64,000 nt of DNA. It comes from Mobula hypostoma. Its lineage: Eukaryota. The translations under genes were made by a program, and so were the position numbers. Location: positions 163,124,001-163,188,000 of the forward strand of contig NC_086097.1 in the NCBI RefSeq assembly GCF_963921235.1, given 5' to 3'. Shown one piece after another: positions 58,715-64,000 of the stretch. The notes under the pieces are model-generated. The model saw only the letters and a list, made by a program, of their open reading frames with translations. It made no database searches and had not been told where the DNA came from. Every line of letters starts with the position of its first letter. Positions within the stretch are counted from its first letter, which is position 1.

Positions 58715-61487
58715 GGTAACAGCTGAGTATCAAATCACTAGGGATGCAAACTCAGAATGGATAGCAAATATGGTACTCAAATTGTTGTATCTAAATGTGT
58801 GTAATATAAGAAATAAGGTGGATGATCTTGTTGTGATATTACAGATTGCCAAGTATGATGTTGTGGCCATCACTGAATCGTGGCTGAAGGGTGGTTGTAG
58901 TTGGGAGCTGAATGTCCAAAGTTACACATTATATCGGAGGGATAGGAAGGGAGGCAGAGGGAGTAGTGTGGCTCTACTGGTAAAAATGGCATCAAATCAG
59001 TAGAAAGATGTGACATAGGATCAGAAGATATTGAATCCTTGTGGGTTGAGTTAAGAAACCGGAACAGTAAAAGGACATTGATGGTAGTTATATGCAGGCC
59101 TTCAAACAGTAGCTGGGAGGTGGACCACAAGTTACAACAGTAAATAGAAAAGGCGAGTCAAAAGGGCAATGTTATGGTAGTCATGGGAGATTTTAACATT
59201 TAGGTCGATTAGGAAAATCAGGTTGGTAATGGAGAGTGAGTTTGTTGAATGCCGAAGAGATAGCTTTTCAGAGCAGTTTGTAGTTGAGCCTATTGGGGGA
59301 TTGGGTGTTAAGTGATGAACCAGTGGCGATTAGGGAGCTTATGGTAAAATAACTCTTAGGAACCAGTGATCACAATATGACTGTGTTCAACTTGAAATTT
59401 GATAGGGAGAAAGTAAGCTCTGATGTAGCAGTACTTCAGTGGATTAAGGGAAATTGCAGTGGTATGAGAGAGGAGTTTGCCAAAGTAAATTGGATGGAGC
59501 TGCTGGCAGGGATGTCAGCAGAGCAGCAACGGTGTATATTTCTGGGAAAAATTAGGAAGATGCAGGACATGTGTATTCCAAAAATGAAGAAATACTCAAA
59601 TGGTAAAATAATACAATGGTGGCTGACAAGGGAAGTCAAAGCTATTGTAAAAGCAAAAGAAAGGGCATACAACAAAGCAAAAATTAGTGGGAAGGTAGAG
59701 GATTGGGAAGTTTTTAAAAACCTACAGAGATCAACTAAAAAAAAATTATTAGAAGGGAAAAGATGAAATATGAAAGCAAGCTAGCAAATAATATCAAAGT
59801 TAGATAGTAAAAGTTTTTTCAAATATGATAAAAAAAAGAGAAATGAGAGTGGATATAGGACCGCTAGAAAATGAGGCAGGAGAAATAATAACGGGGGGAT
59901 CAAGGAGATGGCTGATGAACTAAATGAGTATTTTGCATCATTCTTCACTGTGGAAGACACCAGCAGTATGCCTGATGCTGTAGTGTGTGAAGGAAGAGAA
60001 GTGGGTGCAGTTACTATTACAAGAGAGAAGGTGATCAAAAAGCTGAAAGACTGAAAACTTCGACGGGAGGAGAGAGAAGCAGCGCGCCACGCGTGCACAG
60101 CCCTCCGGTGAAAAATGATATCATATCCGTTAAGTAGGGGCCGTGGACAATTCTGATTTGATGGAGATGGACATGAAAGCACAGAGGAGCATTTGGAAAA
60201 ATTTCTGAAACACTCGTTCGCTGCTGTCGGGAATCTTTGAAATACTTTGAGGAGATTACAAGTAGGATAGATAAAGGGGATGCCGTGGATGTTTGTATAT
60301 TTGGACTTTCAGAAGGCCTTTGACAAGGCGCCACGCTTGAGGCTGCTTACCAAGTTAAGAGCCTCTGGTATTACAGGAAAGTTACCAACATGGTTAGAAC
60401 ATTGGCTGATTGGTAGGAAGAATAAAAGGATACTTTTCTGGTTGTCTGCCAGTGACTTGTGGCGTTCCACAGGGGTTGGTTTTGGGACCACTTCTTTTTA
60501 TGTTGTATATAAATGACTTAGATGATGGAATAGATGGCTTTATTGCCAAGTTTGCAGATGATACGAAGATTGTGGAGGATTGTGGATTGTGGAGGTAGTG
60601 TTGAGGAAACAGGTAGGATGCAGAAGGACCTAGACAGATTAGGAGAATGGGCAAGAAAGTGGCAAATGAAATACAATGTTGGGAAATGCATGGTCACTTT
60701 GGTAGTAGAAATAAATGCACAGTCTCTTTTCTAAACAGGGAGAAAATCCAGGAATATGAGATGCCAAGGGACTTGGGAGTCCTTGTGCAGAATACCCTGA
60801 AGGTTAACCTGCAGGTTGAGTCGGTGATGAGGAAGGCAAATGCCATGTTAGCATTCATTTCAAGACGTCTAGAATACATGAGCAAGGATGTGATGCTGAG
60901 TCTTTATAAGGCACTGGTGAGGCCTCACCTTGAGTATTGTGAACAGTTTTGGGCCCCTTATCTTAGAAAAGATGTGCTGGCATTGGAGAAGGTCCAGAGG
61001 AGGTTCACTAGGATGATTCCAGGAATGAAAGGGTTACCATACGAGGAACATTTTATGGCTCTGGGTCTGTACTCGCTGGAATTCAAAAGGATAAGGGAGG
61101 ATCTCATTAAAACCTTTTGAATGTTGAAAGGCCTAGACAAAGTAGATGTGGAAAGGATGTTTCCCATGGTGGGAGAGACAAGAGGGCACAAGAGTCGAGA
61201 TAGAAGGGCGCCCTTTCAAAATGGAGATGCAGAGAAATTTCTTAGCCAAAGGGTGGTGAATTTGTGGAATTTGTCTTCACATGCAGCTGTGGAGGCCAGG
61301 TCGTTGGGTGTATTTAAGGCAGAGATTGATAGGTTCTTGATTGGATGTGGGATCAAAGGTCACGGGGAGAAGGCTGGGAACTGGGGTTGAGGAGGAGATA
61401 AAGAAAGGATCAGCCATGATTGAATGGTGGAGCAGACTCGATGAGCCAGATGGGCTAATTCTGCTCCAATATCTTATGGTCTTATGG
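58715..61487 (+). mobile_element. Long decayed CR1 LINE (endonuclease to 3' tail) inserted in a Rex1/Babar-like remnant (58442-58714, 61488-61870)
   Basis: LYLNVCNIRNK..YDVVAITESW (EN), YLDFQKAFDK, GVPQGLVLGP, KFADDTK, LVRPHLEYC; tail tcttatggtcttatggt; CAATG on both sides is a possible TSD. Confidence 0.9.
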
Positions 61488-62334
61488 TCAATGAGAAGAG
61501 GACATGTCCTTGGTCATGGCAGGTCCTTATTAATGCAACCCCTTTCGAAGGTAACCCTGATGCTGGGAAGGCTAATGCCCGTGACAGAGCTGGCTGAATT
61601 TGCAACTTTATGCAGCTTTTTCCAATCCTGTGCAGTGGCCCCTGCATACCAGATAGTGATGCAACCAGTTATAATGCTCTCCGTGGTATTTCTATAGAAA
61701 TTTGCCAGAGTCTTTGGTGACATACTATGTCTCCTCAACCTACTAATCAAATATAGTTGTTGTCATGCTTTCTTTGGATGTGCATCAATATGTAGGGTCT
61801 TGGATAGATCTTCAGAAATGCTGACACCCAGAAACTTGAAGCTGCTCACCCTTTCCACTGCTGATCCCTCGATGTATACACTGCTATACAGTAGTATGTC
61901 ACCGTATAGTGGGCCGTATCTCAAATGACGATGAATTGGCAAGAGAGCTAAGTGAAATGGTGTCATGACAACAACCTTTCCCTCAATGTTAAACAAAGGA
62001 GCTGGTCATTGACTTCGTAAAGGGGGGGCTGTGCACATGTCCTAGCTACATCAATGGTGTTGAGGCTGAGACGATTGAGAGCTTTAAGTACCTAAAAGTG
62101 AACATCACTGGTAGTCTGTTCTCATCCCACCACGTTCATGTCTTGATCAAGAAAACTCAATAATACTTCTGCTTCCTCAAAAGTAACTTGACATGTCCCC
62201 ACTGACCCTTGCTAACTTTTATTGATGCACCATAGAAAGCATTCTGTGTGGATGCATAATGGCTTTGTACGGTAACTGCTCTGCACATGACTACAGGAGA
62301 CTTCAGAGAGTTGTAGACACCGTTCAGCACATCA

Positions 62335-63650
62335 TATACCTGTTCCCAACCTGTATCCTGTAAAAATGCTATTCCCTTTTCTCAGTTTCATAATCTCTGC
62401 TTCATCTTTTCCCAGGATGTGGCTTTCCTTTCTAGGTTTCCCTTTCTTCAACATTCCTGCTGCCCTCACCCGCATCTCCTCCATTTCCTGAACATCCACA
62501 CTTACATCCACAATTCCCTTCCCCTCCTCTCTTATTCTATTCTGCACTCTGTCCTCTTACCTCTTCTCACCTGTCTTTCACCTCCCCTGTGTTCCTTCCT
62601 CCCTTTCTTTCTTGTATGGCTCACTCTCCTCTCCCATCAGATTCCTTCCTCCCCAGTCCTTTACCTTTCCTACCCACCTGGCTTCTATCACCTTCTAGCT
62701 AGCCTCCTTCCCCTGCTCCAACCTTTTTACTCTGGCATCTTCCCCTTTTCTTTCCAATCCTGTAGAAGGATTCAGCCTGAAATGTCAAATATTTACTCCC
62801 TTCCATGGATGCTATGCTGCCTGAACTGCTGAGTTTCTCTGGTATTCTGTGTGTGTGTGTGTGTGTGTGCGTGTGTGTGTGCGTGTGTGTGCGTGTGTGT
62901 GTGTGTGTGTGCGTGTGTGTGTGTGTGTGCGTGTGTGTGTGCGTGTGTGCGTGTGCGTGTGTGTGTGTGTGTGCGTGTGTGTGTGTGTGCGTGCGTGCGT
63001 GTGTGTGTGTGTGCGTGCGTGCGTGTGTGTGTGCGTGCGTGCGTGTGCGTGTGTGCGTGTGCGTGTGTGTGCGTGCGTGTGTGTGTGTGCGTGTGTGTGC
63101 GTGTGCGTGTGCGTGTGTGTGTGTGTGCGTGCGTGTGTGTGTGTGTGCGTGTGCGTGTGTGTGTGTGTGTGCATGCGTGTGTGTGTGTGCGTGTGTGTGT
63201 GTGTGCGTGTGCGTGTGTGTGTGCGTGTGTGCGTGTGCGTGTGCGTGCGTGCATGTGTGTGCGTGTGCGTGTGCGTGTGTGTGTGCGTGCGTGTGTGTGT
63301 GCGTGTGCGTGTGTGTGTGTGTGTGCGCGTGTGTGTGCATGCGTGTGTGTGTGTGTGCATGTGTGTGTGTGCGTGTGTGTGTGCGCGTGTGTGTGCGTGT
63401 GTGTGTGTGCGTGTGTGTGTGCGTGTGCGTGTGTGCGTGTGTGTGTGTGTGCATGTGTGTGTGCGTGTGTGTGTGTGTGCGTGTGTGTGTGTGCGTGCGT
63501 GTGTGTGTGTGTGCGTGTGCGTGTGTGTGTGTGTGCGCGTGTGCGTGTGTGTGCGTGTGTGTGTGTGCGTGTGTGTGTGTGTGTGTGCGTGTGTGTGTGT
63601 GTGTGTGTTGCTTTGGATTTCCAGCATCTGCAGAATTTCTTGTGTTTAGA
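62335..63650 (+). mobile_element. Old Penelope 3' remnant whose tail hosts the microsatellite
   Basis: 'aaaatgctattcccttttctcagttt..cccaggatgtggctttcc' matches Penelope ORF (NAIPFSQF..SQD); tail gatgctatgctgcctgaactgctgagtt...[GT array]...gttgctttggatttccagcatctgcagaatttcttgtgttt. Confidence 0.7.
62848..63608. repeat. Compound (GT/GC)n microsatellite, about 760 bp
   Basis: Alternating purine-pyrimidine tract of GT with interspersed GC and rare AT. Confidence 0.98.
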
Positions 63651-64000
63651 TTCTATGCAATGACAGTACTGTTGAGAAGCCTTAGAACAATTGAGTATAG
63701 CTTAGCCAAATTTAGAGGTGAGAGTAGGAGTTGAGGCAGAAATGAAATTATGGCTCAGGCGTGAAGGGAAACAATTTAAATAGCTTAATAGAGTTTGAGT
63801 ATTAATGCTACTTCGAAACCTGGCACTCAAATGAGATGTTGGAGTGGTAATTGAAGTATATGGGACAAAGATATATCTAGTGAAAATAGGCCTTGAAATC
63901 ATAATTATATATGTAAATAACTTAGTTTCTGTGACTAACTTGCAAGAGAATATTGCAGAGTTATGCGATTAGGAGTGTATTCTAAAAGGTGATCCAGTGG

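Noticed and set aside
62699..63734. Six long overlapping ORFs (HT/CV/RV repeats)
   Set aside because: Artefacts of the stop-free GT/GC microsatellite.
1..64000. CRISPR array or prokaryotic system suggested by the recurring short repeats
   Set aside because: Repeats are dispersed in both orientations and derive from retroelement tails; there is no repeat-spacer periodicity, no cas-like ORF, and the DNA is clearly vertebrate.

Overview
Eukaryotic, repeat-dominated DNA. The repeat families (CR1/HER1-like LINEs, HE1-like tRNA SINE, Penelope-like elements, Rex1/Babar-like LINEs) point by inference to a cartilaginous fish, probably a ray. The only host gene I can support is a 73-nt first coding exon on the minus strand (17541-17613, MGARLWLWTVHLLLLCTGAESQQR-G) in a CpG-rich block. 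It looks like exon 1 of laminin alpha-1 (alpha-2 is not excluded), so 1-17540 would be intron 1 and 17614-64000 upstream DNA. The rest is nested mobile elements: two Gypsy LTR retrotransposons, two solo LTRs, a full-length RTE LINE, a Hero-like LINE, several CR1, Rex1/Babar-like and Penelope-like copies, a Harbinger-like end and a 760-bp purine-pyrimidine microsatellite. The most interesting signals are at the RNA level. (1) A full-length Gypsy has no tRNA primer site; its PBS position is a perfect 16-nt complement of its own 5' LTR, covering the AATAAA, which suggests self-priming, and its RT reads YLDN. (2) Minimal hammerhead-ribozyme motifs sit in the Penelope 3' tails. (3) A decayed twister-ribozyme motif lies in an RTE-type 5'-end fragment. 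Boundaries of old repeats are approximate, and nothing was verified by database search.
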